64,000 bases of DNA from Candidatus Eiseniibacteriota bacterium (GTDB taxonomy: Bacteria; Eisenbacteria; RBG-16-71-46): positions 640,001-704,000 of the forward strand of contig CAVQXP010000004.1 in NCBI GenBank assembly GCA_963717935.1. Direction: 5' to 3'. How positions within the stretch are numbered: position 1 is the stretch's first letter; the number at the start of each line of letters is the position of its first letter. Position numbers and translations under genes: made by a program. This document shows, piece after piece, positions 17,530-27,145 of this stretch. The notes under the pieces are model-generated. The model was not told where the DNA came from and searched no databases. It was given only the letters and a program-made list of their open reading frames with translations.

Positions 17530-18465
17530 ATGTCCGTCCGCCGCCCAGCCCTGCTCTACCCGGCGATGATGCTCAACGTGCTGATCGCGGCGGGCACGTT
17601 CCTCATCGCCAAGTCCACGCTCCGGGAATTCCCCCCGCTCGTGCTGGCGCTCGTGCGCTTCGTCCTCGCCACCTGCGTGCTGTGGCCGGTGGCGCGGCTC
17701 CTGCGGCCCGGCAAGCGCATCGCGCGCGAGGACCGCGGCCGCATCCTCCTGCTCGGGCTCCTGGCCATCCCGCTGAACCAGGGCCTGTTCCTCTATGGGA
17801 TGCGCTGGGCCAGCGCGACGCACGCGGCGCTCCTCTACGCGCTGACCCCGACCTTCATCATCCTGATCGCCACGGCGCGTGGGACCCGGCCCTCGCTGCG
17901 GCAGGTCGCCGGCATCGGGCTCGCGTTCGCCGGCGTGCTCACGCTCCTGCTCCAGCGGGGGCTTCACTTCGACCCGAACTCCCTCTCCGGGGATCTGCTC
18001 ATCCTCGCGGCCGTCGTGGCCTGGGCCTTCTACCTCTACCTGGGCCGCGGCCTGACGCGCCGCCACGGGCCCATCCTCGTGACCAGCGAGTCGCTGCTCG
18101 CGGGCACGCTCATGTTCCTGCCCATCGGCCTCGTGGCCCTGTGGGGCTTCGATTTCCGAACGGTCTCGCCGGCGGGCTGGTCGGGCGTCTTCTACCTGGC
18201 CTGGCTCACTTCGGGGGTGAACTACCTCATCTTCTTCTGGGGCATCGAGCACATCGGGCCGGCCGCGGTGGCCGTGTGGTCGAACCTGCAGCCACCCGCC
18301 ACGGCGGCCATGGCGTGGGCGTTGCTCCACGAGGCCCTGCCTGCCGGCTTCCTGCTCTCGGCCGCGCTGGTCCTGGGCGGCGTGTGGATCGCGCTGGGGG
18401 CGGGGCCCGACCGGCCGCCGCCGGGCCACGAGCCCGTGGTCCCGCCGCTCGCGAGCGGGGGTTAG
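17530..18465 (+). CDS. EamA/DMT family transporter
   Basis: About 10 TM helices in two repeats; LVRFVLA, LTPTF, GDLLIL, NLQP motifs. Confidence 0.9.
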   Translation: MSVRRPALLYPAMMLNVLIAAGTFLIAKSTLREFPPLVLALVRFVLATCVLWPVARLLRPGKRIAREDRGRILLLGLLAIPLNQGLFLYGMRWASATHAALLYALTPTFIILIATARGTRPSLRQVAGIGLAFAGVLTLLLQRGLHFDPNSLSGDLLILAAVVAWAFYLYLGRGLTRRHGPILVTSESLLAGTLMFLPIGLVALWGFDFRTVSPAGWSGVFYLAWLTSGVNYLIFFWGIEHIGPAAVAVWSNLQPPATAAMAWALLHEALPAGFLLSAALVLGGVWIALGAGPDRPPPGHEPVVPPLASGG

Positions 18466-18495
18466 CGGCCGGGGGGCGGGCTCGGCTACCCTGCG

Positions 18496-19425
18496 GTGAC
18501 CGACATGAGCACCGCCACCGCCGCCCTCCGCCCGCTGGCCCGCCTGCGCACCTACGCCTCGTTCGTGCGCTTCGAGCACACGCTCTTCACCCTGCCGCTC
18601 ATCCTGGCCGGGATCTTCAGCGCGCCCCGGCCCGCGATGGACGCCGGACGCTGGCTGCTGATCGCGCTCGCCGCGGTCGGCGCGCGCACCACCGCGATGT
18701 CGCTCAACCGGCTCATCGACCGCCGGCTGGATGCGCTCAATCCGCGCACCCGGGTGCGTGAGTTGCCGAGCGGCGCGATGAAGGTGGCGGAGGCGTGGGG
18801 CCTGCTCGCCGGATCGCTGGCGGCGTACGTCGCGGCCTGCTGGGCGCTCGACCCGGCGGGGCATCTCTATCTGAAGCTGGCCGCCGTCCCGGTCGCGGTC
18901 TTCACGCTCTACCCGTACGCGAAGCGCTTCACGCCCTTCTGCCACCTCGGGGTCGGTGCGGGGATCGGGCTGGCGCCGCTCGCGGGCTACGCCGCGGCGC
19001 ATCCCGATCTCGCCAGCCCCTGGGCCGCGCTCTGGCTCGGCGCCTTCACGTTCCTCTGGGGGAGCGGTTTCGACATCATCTACTCGACGCTCGACGAGGA
19101 CTCGGACCGCGCGAACGGTGTCCGGTCCATGGTCGTGTGGCTCGGACGCGGGCGGGCGCTCGAGGTGTCGGCGTGGCTGCACCGCGCGGCGCAACTCTGC
19201 CTCATCCCGATGGTGGCGCAGGTGCTGCTCGCGGCCGGGCAGCCGCTGCCGTCCTTCGCGGCGTTCGCGGCGTTCTTCGTCTGGTTCGGCGCCGGCGTGC
19301 TGCTGTACCTCGAACAGAAATGGGCCGAGGACGTGAACCTCGCCTTCTTCAAGGTGAACGTCTGGGTGGGTGCGGTGGTGCTCGCCCTGGTGCTGGTGAC
19401 CCGCGCGGCGGGCGGAGGCTTCTGA
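18496..19425 (+). CDS. UbiA-like polyprenyltransferase (MqnP-type)
   Basis: VRFEHTLFTLP, NRLIDRRLDALNPRT..RELPSG, YPYAKRFT, GFDIIY...D...D; start may be ATG 18505. Confidence 0.9.
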   Translation: MTDMSTATAALRPLARLRTYASFVRFEHTLFTLPLILAGIFSAPRPAMDAGRWLLIALAAVGARTTAMSLNRLIDRRLDALNPRTRVRELPSGAMKVAEAWGLLAGSLAAYVAACWALDPAGHLYLKLAAVPVAVFTLYPYAKRFTPFCHLGVGAGIGLAPLAGYAAAHPDLASPWAALWLGAFTFLWGSGFDIIYSTLDEDSDRANGVRSMVVWLGRGRALEVSAWLHRAAQLCLIPMVAQVLLAAGQPLPSFAAFAAFFVWFGAGVLLYLEQKWAEDVNLAFFKVNVWVGAVVLALVLVTRAAGGGF

Positions 19426-19426
19426 C

Positions 19427-19981
19427 ATGGCGCGTTACCTGATCGGCATGACCGGCGCCTCGGGCAGCGTCTACGGCGTGGATTTCATCCGGCGCTGCCC
19501 CGGCGAGAAGTACCTCGTACTCTCCGACTGGGCGCGCCAGGTGCTGCACTCGGAGACCGGGCTCAAGCCCTCCGACCTCGAGCCGCACGTGAAGCGGATC
19601 TTCGCCGACGCGGACCTCGCCGCGCCGTTCTCCTCGGGCAGCAACCGCCACGACGCCTATGTCATCCTGCCCTGCACGGTCTCGACGCTCGCCAAGATCG
19701 CCGTCGGCATCGCCGACTCGCTCATCACGCGCGCGGCCGCTGTCGCACTCAAGGAGCGCATGCGCATGATCGTCTGCGTGCGCGAGACGCCGCTCTCGAC
19801 CATCGCGCTCGAGAACATGCACAGGCTCTCCCGCGAGGGCGTCATCGTGATGCCGGTCTCGCCGCCCTGGTACGGGAAGCCGGAGAAGCTGGACGACCTC
19901 GTGGCCGGCTTCACGGACAAGCTCCTCGCCCTGCTCGGCGAATCGGCCGGCCCGGCCTGGCGCGAGGAGGAGCTGGAGTGA
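19427..19981 (+). CDS. ubiX: Flavin prenyltransferase UbiX
   Basis: GMTGASG, APFSSGS, PCTVSTLAKIA.G, LITRAA.V.LKER, RETPLS. Confidence 0.93.
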   Translation: MARYLIGMTGASGSVYGVDFIRRCPGEKYLVLSDWARQVLHSETGLKPSDLEPHVKRIFADADLAAPFSSGSNRHDAYVILPCTVSTLAKIAVGIADSLITRAAAVALKERMRMIVCVRETPLSTIALENMHRLSREGVIVMPVSPPWYGKPEKLDDLVAGFTDKLLALLGESAGPAWREEELE

Positions 19982-21747
19982 AGGGCTTCCGCACGCTCGG
20001 CGACTTCCTCGCCGACCTCGAGCGCCGCGGCGACCTGAAGCGCGTGACGCGCGAAGTGGACCCGGAGTGCGAGGTCGCCGAGATCGCCTGCCGCGAGGCG
20101 AAGGCCGAGGGCCCGGCGCTGCTGTTCGAGAACGTGCGCGGGGCGCGCTTCCCGCTGGCCGTGAACGTGCTCGCCGCCGCGCGCCGCATCGAGTGGGCGC
20201 TGGGCCGCGCGCCCGCCGCGGTCGGCGCGGAGCTCGAGGAGATCTTCCACGCGTTGCCGCCCCGGCGGCTCGCCGACCTCTGGCGCCTGCGCGGCAGTGC
20301 CGCGCGCGTGCTGGCCATGCGGCCGAAGACGCTCGCACGCGGCCCCGCGCAGGAGCAGGAGATCGGCGCCGACCTCGAGGCACTGCCGATCCTCAAGCTG
20401 TGGCCGAAGGACGGCGGGCGCTTCCTCACCTTCCCGCTGGTGCTCACCGAGCACCCCGAGACCGGGGTCCGCAACCTCGGCGTCTATCGCATGCACGTCT
20501 TCGACGGGCAGACCACCGGCATGCACTGGCAGATCGGCAAGGGCGGCGGGTTCCACCACCACGCGGCGGAGAAACGGGGCCAGGCGCTCGAGGTCGCGGT
20601 CGCGGTGGGCGCCGACCCCGCGACGCTGCTCGCCAGCGTGGCGCCGCTGCCCGAGGGCGTGGACGAGCTGGCGTTCGCGGGCTTCCTGCGCGGCAGCCCC
20701 ACGCGGCTCGCGCCCGGAACGAAGCTGCGCATGGCCGTGCCGGCGGACGCGGAGTTCGTCGTCGAGGGCGTCGTCCCGGCGGGCGAGCGCCACCTCGAAG
20801 GCCCCTTCGGCGACCACTTCGGTCACTACTCGCACGCCGCGGACTTCCCCGTCTTCCACGTGCGCAACGTCACCCATCGCGCGCGGCCGGTCTTCCAGGC
20901 GAGTGTCGTCGGCAAGCCTCCCCAGGAGGACAAGTTCATGGGCGAGGCGGTGCAGGAGATGTTCACCGGCGTGCTCAAGGTCCTCCACCCCGAGATCCGC
21001 GACCTGTGGGCGTACTTCGAGGCCGGCTTCCACAACCTGCTGGTGGTCGCGGTGGAGAACCGCTTCGCGAAGGAGGCGAAGAAGACCGCGCTCGCCCTGA
21101 TGGGCACGGGGCAGCTCTCGCTCACCAAGGTCATCGTGCTGGTGGACGCCGGGGTGAACCCGCGCGACCGCGCCGCGGTGTTCGGGGCGATCGCGCGCAA
21201 CTTCGACCCGGCCGAGGACCTGATCCTGCTGCCCGGCGTGCCGCTCGACACGCTCGACTTCACCTCCGGCACCATGAACCTCGGCAGCAAGCTGGTGCTC
21301 GACGCGCAGACGAAGCCGGGGCGCGCGCCGGTCGCGCCGCTCGCGAGCGTGGCGGACCCCCGGGCCTTCGACGAGCGCATCGCGGCGTGGCGGCTGGCCT
21401 GGGGCGGGATGCTGGTCGTGCAGTTGAAGGAAGGCGCCGGTGGGCGCGAGGTCGTCGAGCGGCTCGTGCGCCGCCCGGAGCACGCGGCCGTGAAGCTCAT
21501 CGTCGCGGTGAGCGCGGACGTCCCGCTCGACGACGACGAACTGCTGCTCTGGGGCATCTTCACGCGCTTCGACTGCGCCCGCGACGTCGTGCCCGCGCAG
21601 ACGGAGACGCGCGGCGCCTGGCTCACCTGCCGCGGCCCGCTCGGCATCGACGCGACCTGGAAGCGAGGTTACCCCGAGCCGGTGGCGAACACGCCGGAGC
21701 TGGTGGCGAAGGTGGACGGGTGGTGGGGGAAGGGCTCGGCGGGGTAG
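19978..21747 (+). CDS. ubiD: UbiD-family decarboxylase (menaquinone futalosine-pathway type)
   Basis: LPILK.WP.DGGRF.T, RNLG.YR, EGPFGDHFGHYS, GKPPQED; coupled to ubiX. Confidence 0.9.
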   Translation: MKGFRTLGDFLADLERRGDLKRVTREVDPECEVAEIACREAKAEGPALLFENVRGARFPLAVNVLAAARRIEWALGRAPAAVGAELEEIFHALPPRRLADLWRLRGSAARVLAMRPKTLARGPAQEQEIGADLEALPILKLWPKDGGRFLTFPLVLTEHPETGVRNLGVYRMHVFDGQTTGMHWQIGKGGGFHHHAAEKRGQALEVAVAVGADPATLLASVAPLPEGVDELAFAGFLRGSPTRLAPGTKLRMAVPADAEFVVEGVVPAGERHLEGPFGDHFGHYSHAADFPVFHVRNVTHRARPVFQASVVGKPPQEDKFMGEAVQEMFTGVLKVLHPEIRDLWAYFEAGFHNLLVVAVENRFAKEAKKTALALMGTGQLSLTKVIVLVDAGVNPRDRAAVFGAIARNFDPAEDLILLPGVPLDTLDFTSGTMNLGSKLVLDAQTKPGRAPVAPLASVADPRAFDERIAAWRLAWGGMLVVQLKEGAGGREVVERLVRRPEHAAVKLIVAVSADVPLDDDELLLWGIFTRFDCARDVVPAQTETRGAWLTCRGPLGIDATWKRGYPEPVANTPELVAKVDGWWGKGSAG

Positions 21748-21760
21748 CGCCCCTCCAGGG

Positions 21761-24259
21761 CTATCCGGCGCGCGCGCGCCGCAGCCGTTGCAGCAGGGCC
21801 CAGCCGGCCCAGGCGAGGAGGCCCGCCAGCCAGGCCCCGAGCCCGGCGCGGGTCACCGGAACGGCTTCGCGCATCCCCGCGGTCTCGTAGCGCATCTCGA
21901 CGCGATGCCGTCCTCCCGGAAGCGGGATCCCCCGCACGAGCAGGTTCGTCGGGGCGATCTGCGTGCGGCTCCCGTCCACCCACGCGCTCCATCCGGGGAA
22001 ATCGCTGTCGGCCACGACGAGGAACGCCCGGTCCGGAGCCTCGGTCTCCAGCACGAGCCACTGGGGATCGTCCCGGATCCAGCGGATCGCGCAGTCCGGC
22101 GAGCCCGGGTATCCGCCCTCGACGCTGGGATCCGTCGTCACCGCGACCGCGGCCGGGTCGAAGCCGGGGTGCGCCATCGCCCGCGCGATCGCGTCCCCGT
22201 CCGGCAACGCCACCACCAGAGGCACGGCATACGCGCGCCCGAGCGGCTGGTCCACCGCGTAGACCGCGGCGCGCTCGTCCTGCGTGACCAGCGCCAGGCC
22301 GGGGGACGTCGGGACGGTCGCGCGGTCCAGGTCCAGCCAGGCCACTCCCCAGGCGCGCAGCACGGACTGGGAGCGCGTCAGCCCGTGCTCCATCGCGATC
22401 CGCCACGCGGACGGGAAGGCGCCATGATTCCCCGTCAGGCAGCGCGCCCGCCAGCTCACCCAGAAGTTCGTGTAGCTCTCGGCATACCGACGGTCGGCGA
22501 ACACGCTGTCCTGCACGGGCCGGGCCGCGCCCACGTAGGCCCGGGTCCGTGGAGCGCGAGCCGCGACCTTCGCCAGCGGCGTGGCGGCCGGGGCCTCGAC
22601 GGCCGCGGGCGTCCCGCTCGCCCGCCACAGGGCGGGAGCGCCGACCGAGGCCAGATCCAGGGCGACGAGGAGTGCGAGCGCGGGCCGTGCCCAGGCCCTG
22701 CCGGCCCGTGCCGGCAGCAGGAGCGCGCACGCGCACGCGACCAGGGTGGAGCGCAGAAGGAGATCGAGGCCGGCGAACCGCGCCGCGGCGCGCGCGGTCG
22801 TCTCGTCCAGAGAGGACCGCAGCGTGCGGGCGAGGTCCGCATAGAGGGAGCCGGGCGGGCCGAACGCGAGCGCCAGGCCGGCGAGCGCCAGGACCGCGAG
22901 CGCGATCAGGACGCCGCGCAGACCCGTCCACCGTCCGGGCCCGGCGGACGGCGGCACGGCCGGCTGGCGCGGCTCCGGCGCGAGCACGGGATCCGGGGCG
23001 GTGACCCGCGACAGGCCGCGGGCGACGAGCAGGGCCAGCGCGAGACAGGCGCCGATCAGCACGTAGAGCGGCACGCGGAACTTGTTCCACAGCGGGACGT
23101 GCGCATGGACGAGACCGAACAGGCCGCCCAGGTTCACGCCGAGGGAGAAGGCCAGGCTGACCAGGAAGACCGCCCACCAGAAACGCGAGGTCGCATCGCC
23201 GCGATCCGCCGTGCGCCACGATCCGCCCAGGGCCAGGGCGATGGCCACCGCGCCGAGATAGGGGGCGTAGTCGGTGACCTGCATGCCGCCCCAGTACGTG
23301 ACCCCGCCGAAGCCGACCGCCTGGGGCCAGACGAGCGAGAGCAGGTCGCGCCAGTGCAGGCTGTACTTCGCGACGACGAGCAGGGAGACGCCCGGCGCGC
23401 TCCCGCCACCGCGCGACGACAGCTCGCTGTACAGAAGCGCGGGCCACCAGACGGCCGCGCCGATCGCGGCCCCGAGGGCGACCGCTGCGCCCCAGGGCAG
23501 CAGGCGCATCCAGCGCCTGCGCGTCCAGGCCTGGTGGAGCGCGAACAGCCCGATCAGGGTCGAGGAGTAGACGACGATCTGGGGATGACCGTGCAGGCAC
23601 TGGACCCCCAGCGCGAGCGCAAGCAGGAGCGCGCCGCCGAGGACCGCGCGCGACCGGCCGGAGGTGATCACGACGTGGGTGCCCAGCGTGACGACGGGCA
23701 GGAGCGCGTCGGCGAGGATCTGGGCGTCGTGGCCGTGGGCGAGCGGGCTCAGAATCGGGATCGTGACCAGCCAGGTCAGACCCCCGGCCGCGGCGCTCCA
23801 GGGATCCGCGCCCCAGAGACGGCGCGCCAGCACCACGACCGCCAGCGTCCCGGCGAGATGGGCGAGCAGCAGCCAGAGCTGGGGCGCGGCCGCGGGTTCG
23901 CTCAGGCGTTCGGTCGCATCGAGCAGTGGCCCCGGGAGGTACTGCGGGCGCGGGTCCGCGAGGCTGGCCACCGACTCGATCCCCATGAAGACATAGGGAT
24001 TCCAGTAGGTGCGCTCCCGGGTCTCGTGCCAGCGCGCCCGGGAGAACTCCGGGAACGGGCGGAACGCCGAGGAGTCACCCGGGACGAAGTGCTGGCCGAG
24101 GAAGAGCTGCGGGAGGAAGAGCAACGCCCACACCAGCGCGACGGCCAGGCCCGACGCCGCCCAGACGCGCGGCTCGTGGCGTTGCGGAAGGAACTCGCGA
24201 GGCGGGTCCTGGCCCTGCGGCTGGGCACCGGAGACCCGCGACCGGCGTGCTCGTGCCAT
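21761..24259 (-). CDS. YfhO-like polytopic membrane protein (GT-C glycosyltransferase-like)
   Basis: WNPYVFMG, GHPQ, YLG, FRVP motifs; C-terminal LVVADSDFPGWSAWVDG...RGIPLPGGRHRVEMRY. Confidence 0.8.
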   Translation of the reverse strand: MARARRSRVSGAQPQGQDPPREFLPQRHEPRVWAASGLAVALVWALLFLPQLFLGQHFVPGDSSAFRPFPEFSRARWHETRERTYWNPYVFMGIESVASLADPRPQYLPGPLLDATERLSEPAAAPQLWLLLAHLAGTLAVVVLARRLWGADPWSAAAGGLTWLVTIPILSPLAHGHDAQILADALLPVVTLGTHVVITSGRSRAVLGGALLLALALGVQCLHGHPQIVVYSSTLIGLFALHQAWTRRRWMRLLPWGAAVALGAAIGAAVWWPALLYSELSSRGGGSAPGVSLLVVAKYSLHWRDLLSLVWPQAVGFGGVTYWGGMQVTDYAPYLGAVAIALALGGSWRTADRGDATSRFWWAVFLVSLAFSLGVNLGGLFGLVHAHVPLWNKFRVPLYVLIGACLALALLVARGLSRVTAPDPVLAPEPRQPAVPPSAGPGRWTGLRGVLIALAVLALAGLALAFGPPGSLYADLARTLRSSLDETTARAAARFAGLDLLLRSTLVACACALLLPARAGRAWARPALALLVALDLASVGAPALWRASGTPAAVEAPAATPLAKVAARAPRTRAYVGAARPVQDSVFADRRYAESYTNFWVSWRARCLTGNHGAFPSAWRIAMEHGLTRSQSVLRAWGVAWLDLDRATVPTSPGLALVTQDERAAVYAVDQPLGRAYAVPLVVALPDGDAIARAMAHPGFDPAAVAVTTDPSVEGGYPGSPDCAIRWIRDDPQWLVLETEAPDRAFLVVADSDFPGWSAWVDGSRTQIAPTNLLVRGIPLPGGRHRVEMRYETAGMREAVPVTRAGLGAWLAGLLAWAGWALLQRLRRARAG

Positions 24260-24550
24260 CGTCCTCGATCTCGTGGAGGGTGTGCCGCCTGCCCACGGGC
24301 TCGCCCGGCCGTCCTTACCATAGAGACGGGGTCGGGGGCGCTCAGGGTGCCACGAGTGGCCGCCGCCGCCAAGGAACGTCCGTGGGGCGGGCGCGTAGAC
24401 GACGGCATCCGGACCGGATAAGGTGCCCCATTCGGTCGGGGGGGCCGCGTGCCGGCCTCCTTCGGGCCTGGTGCGCGAGGGGGTGGCCGTGGGCCGAGGG
24501 GTTCACCGGGCCGGGCGTGAGGACTCGGCAGGGAGCAACCGGGAGGTCAG

Positions 24551-26038
24551 ATGAAAGTCAGCATCACGCGGGATTTCCCCCGCACGTTCTGGACCGCGAA
24601 CGTGATGGAGTTGTTCGAGCGCGCCGCCTACTACGGGCTCATGTCGGTGCTGGCGATCTACCTGACGGGCAGGAAGGAGACCGGCGGGCTGGGCTTCACC
24701 GAGTCGGCGGTCGGCTTCCTGCAGAGCATCGTCTACGCCGCGACCTACGTCATCCCGATCCTCGGCGGCGCGCTGGCCGACCGCTACGGCTACCGGCGCA
24801 TGCTGCTCTTCGCCTTCTCGCTGCTCGCCACCGGCTACTTCGCCGCGGGCCACATGTCCTCCTACGCGGCGGTCTTCATGGCGCTGCTGCTGATGGCCAC
24901 GGGCGCCGGGCTCTTCAAGCCGATCATCTCCGGGACCATCGCCCGCACGACCGACGAGCGCACGTCGGCCATCGGTTTCGGCATCTACTACTGGATGATC
25001 AACCTCGGGGCCTTCCTCGCGCCGCTCGTGGTGAGCGTGCTGAAGGGCTTCTCGTGGCAGGCGGTCTTCACCGCCTCGGCGGCCTACACCGCTGCCATGC
25101 TGATCCCGACCATCTTCTTCTTCCGCGACCCGCCCCTGCCCGAGAACCGCAAGACCCTCAAGGAGATCCTGGGCGGTGCGGCCGAGGTGCTGAGCGACTC
25201 GCGCTTCGTGCTGATGATCGTCGTGTACTCGGGCTTCTGGGTCCTCTACTTCCAGAACTTCGGCTCGGTGCTCTGGTACCTGCGCGACTTCGTGGACCGC
25301 GCGCCGGTGAGCGCCGCGGTCAGCGGCTGGTTCTCCGCCATCGGGTTGCCCGTGCAGTTCGTCTTCGACGCCGAGCACGTCACCGTCATCAATGCCGGCA
25401 TGATCATCCTGCTCCAGGTGCTGGTGAGCCGCATCGTGCGGACCCGGCCCGCGCTGCCCACGATGGTGGCGGGCATGGTGCTGGGCGGGCTGGGGTTCGT
25501 GTGCCTCGCCATCTCGCAGAGTCCCTGGATCCTGATCCTCGGCATCGCGATCTTCTCGATCGGCGAGATGACGGCCCATCCCAAGTACTACTCGTTCGTC
25601 GGGCTCGTCGCGCCGCAGGATCGCAAGGCCGTCTACATGGGTTACTCGTTCCTCTACGGCATCCTGGGCTCGCTGCTCGGCTCCAACATCGGCGCCTTCC
25701 TGTACGAGCGCATCCTGAAGCCGGTCATCGGCATGCCGGAAGCCGGCGCGCGCGCGCGCCTGTTCTGGCTGATCTTCGCGGCCCTCGACGTGGTCGCGGT
25801 CCTCGGCCTCATCCTGTTCAACCGGGCCTTCGGCAAGGACACGCCCGAGACGCGGCGCGGCGCGACCCGGGTGATGACCGTCGTCTACGCGGGCATCCTG
25901 CTGCTGGGCGTGATGTTCCTGGCGTTCGCCTTCAGCTCGCAGCCGCCGCAGTACCGCACGGCGGTGCAGTCCATCATCTTCCTGGCCCTGGGCGGTGGCG
26001 GGCTGGTCATGAACCGCAGGAGGAAGGCGGTGGCGTGA
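24551..26038 (+). CDS. MFS transporter, POT/PTR2-like
   Basis: ELFERAAYYG (ExxERFxYY-like), GGALADRYG, GLFKP, YYWMINLGA; GGAGG RBS. Confidence 0.88.
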   Translation: MKVSITRDFPRTFWTANVMELFERAAYYGLMSVLAIYLTGRKETGGLGFTESAVGFLQSIVYAATYVIPILGGALADRYGYRRMLLFAFSLLATGYFAAGHMSSYAAVFMALLLMATGAGLFKPIISGTIARTTDERTSAIGFGIYYWMINLGAFLAPLVVSVLKGFSWQAVFTASAAYTAAMLIPTIFFFRDPPLPENRKTLKEILGGAAEVLSDSRFVLMIVVYSGFWVLYFQNFGSVLWYLRDFVDRAPVSAAVSGWFSAIGLPVQFVFDAEHVTVINAGMIILLQVLVSRIVRTRPALPTMVAGMVLGGLGFVCLAISQSPWILILGIAIFSIGEMTAHPKYYSFVGLVAPQDRKAVYMGYSFLYGILGSLLGSNIGAFLYERILKPVIGMPEAGARARLFWLIFAALDVVAVLGLILFNRAFGKDTPETRRGATRVMTVVYAGILLLGVMFLAFAFSSQPPQYRTAVQSIIFLALGGGGLVMNRRRKAVA

Positions 26039-26274
26039 TCGAGATCCGCCCCGAGGCCCCCGCGGACTTCGCCGCGGTACGCGAGAGCGTCGTCATGGTG
26101 CTCGGCCCTCCGCACGCCTACCCGCGCTTCGGGTTCGTGCCGGCCGCGACGAAGGGCCTCTCGTGCGAGTATCCTGTGCCGGACGATGTCTTCCCGGTGA
26201 CCGAGCTGGCGCCGGGCGCCCTGCGGGGCCGTACGAGACTGGTGAAGTACCACCCGGAGTTCGTGCGCGTCTGA
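26035..26274 (+). pseudogene. YhbS-like GNAT acetyltransferase remnant with an in-frame internal deletion
   Basis: MIEIRPEAPADFAAVRE joined directly to VVMVLGPPHAYPRFGF...YHPEF; only 79 aa; acetyl-CoA motif A absent. Confidence 0.7.
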
Positions 26275-26332
26275 CGGCCGCGGCTGCGGGATCGTGAACC
26301 GTCCGGGCCGGGCCCGGGGAGGGATCAGCGAG

Positions 26333-27145
26333 ATGGACAGCCATGCCACGATGACCCAGCTCTTCGGCGTGCGCCGCGCGCTGATCGGCATGATCCACGT
26401 GGGCGCCCTGCCGGGCACGCCGGCGGCGGGCGCGCCGCTCGAGCGCGTGGTCGAGACGGCCCTCGCCGAGGCCCGCGCCTACCTCGACTCCGGCTACACC
26501 GCGCTGATGATCGAGAACATGCACGACCGGCCGTATCTGAAGGGCGTGGTCGGTCCCGAGATCGTGGCGGCGATGACGGCGGTGGGCCGCGAGGTCCGCC
26601 GCGAGGTCGCGCTGCCGTTGGGCGTGCAGGTGCTGGCGGGGGCGAACCGCGAGGCGATCGCGGTGGCGCTGGCCTGCGGCGCCACCTTCGTGCGGGCCGA
26701 GGGCTTCGTCTTCGCGCACGTCGCGGACGAAGGCCTGATCGAGTCCGGCGCGGGCGAGTTGATGCGCTACCGGCGCGCGGTCGGCGCGGAGCAGGTGCGC
26801 GTGTTCGCGGACGTCAAGAAGAAGCACTCCGCACACGCGCTCACCGCGGACGTGGGCATCGTCGAGACGGCGCGCGCGGCGGAGTTCTTCCTCGCGGACG
26901 GCGTGGTCGTGACGGGCCCGGTCACCGCGCGGGCGGCCGATACGGCCGAGGTCGAGGCGGTGGCCGCGGCCGTGGGCATCCCGACCTTCGTGGGCTCGGG
27001 TCTGACGCCCGCGAACCTCGCCGCCTACCCGGGGGCGGACGGCTTCATCGTGGGCTCCTTCGTGAAGCGGGGCGGGCTCTGGTCGAACCCGATCGACGGC
27101 GAGCGCGTGCAGGCGGTGGCGGCCGCGTTCCACGAGTCCGCGTGA
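26333..27145 (+). CDS. BtpA/SgcQ family TIM-barrel protein
   Basis: LIGMIHVGALPGTP, IENMHDRPY, ADVKKKHS, ADGVVVTG, VGSG, DGFIVGS; start uncertain. Confidence 0.88.
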   Translation: MDSHATMTQLFGVRRALIGMIHVGALPGTPAAGAPLERVVETALAEARAYLDSGYTALMIENMHDRPYLKGVVGPEIVAAMTAVGREVRREVALPLGVQVLAGANREAIAVALACGATFVRAEGFVFAHVADEGLIESGAGELMRYRRAVGAEQVRVFADVKKKHSAHALTADVGIVETARAAEFFLADGVVVTGPVTARAADTAEVEAVAAAVGIPTFVGSGLTPANLAAYPGADGFIVGSFVKRGGLWSNPIDGERVQAVAAAFHESA

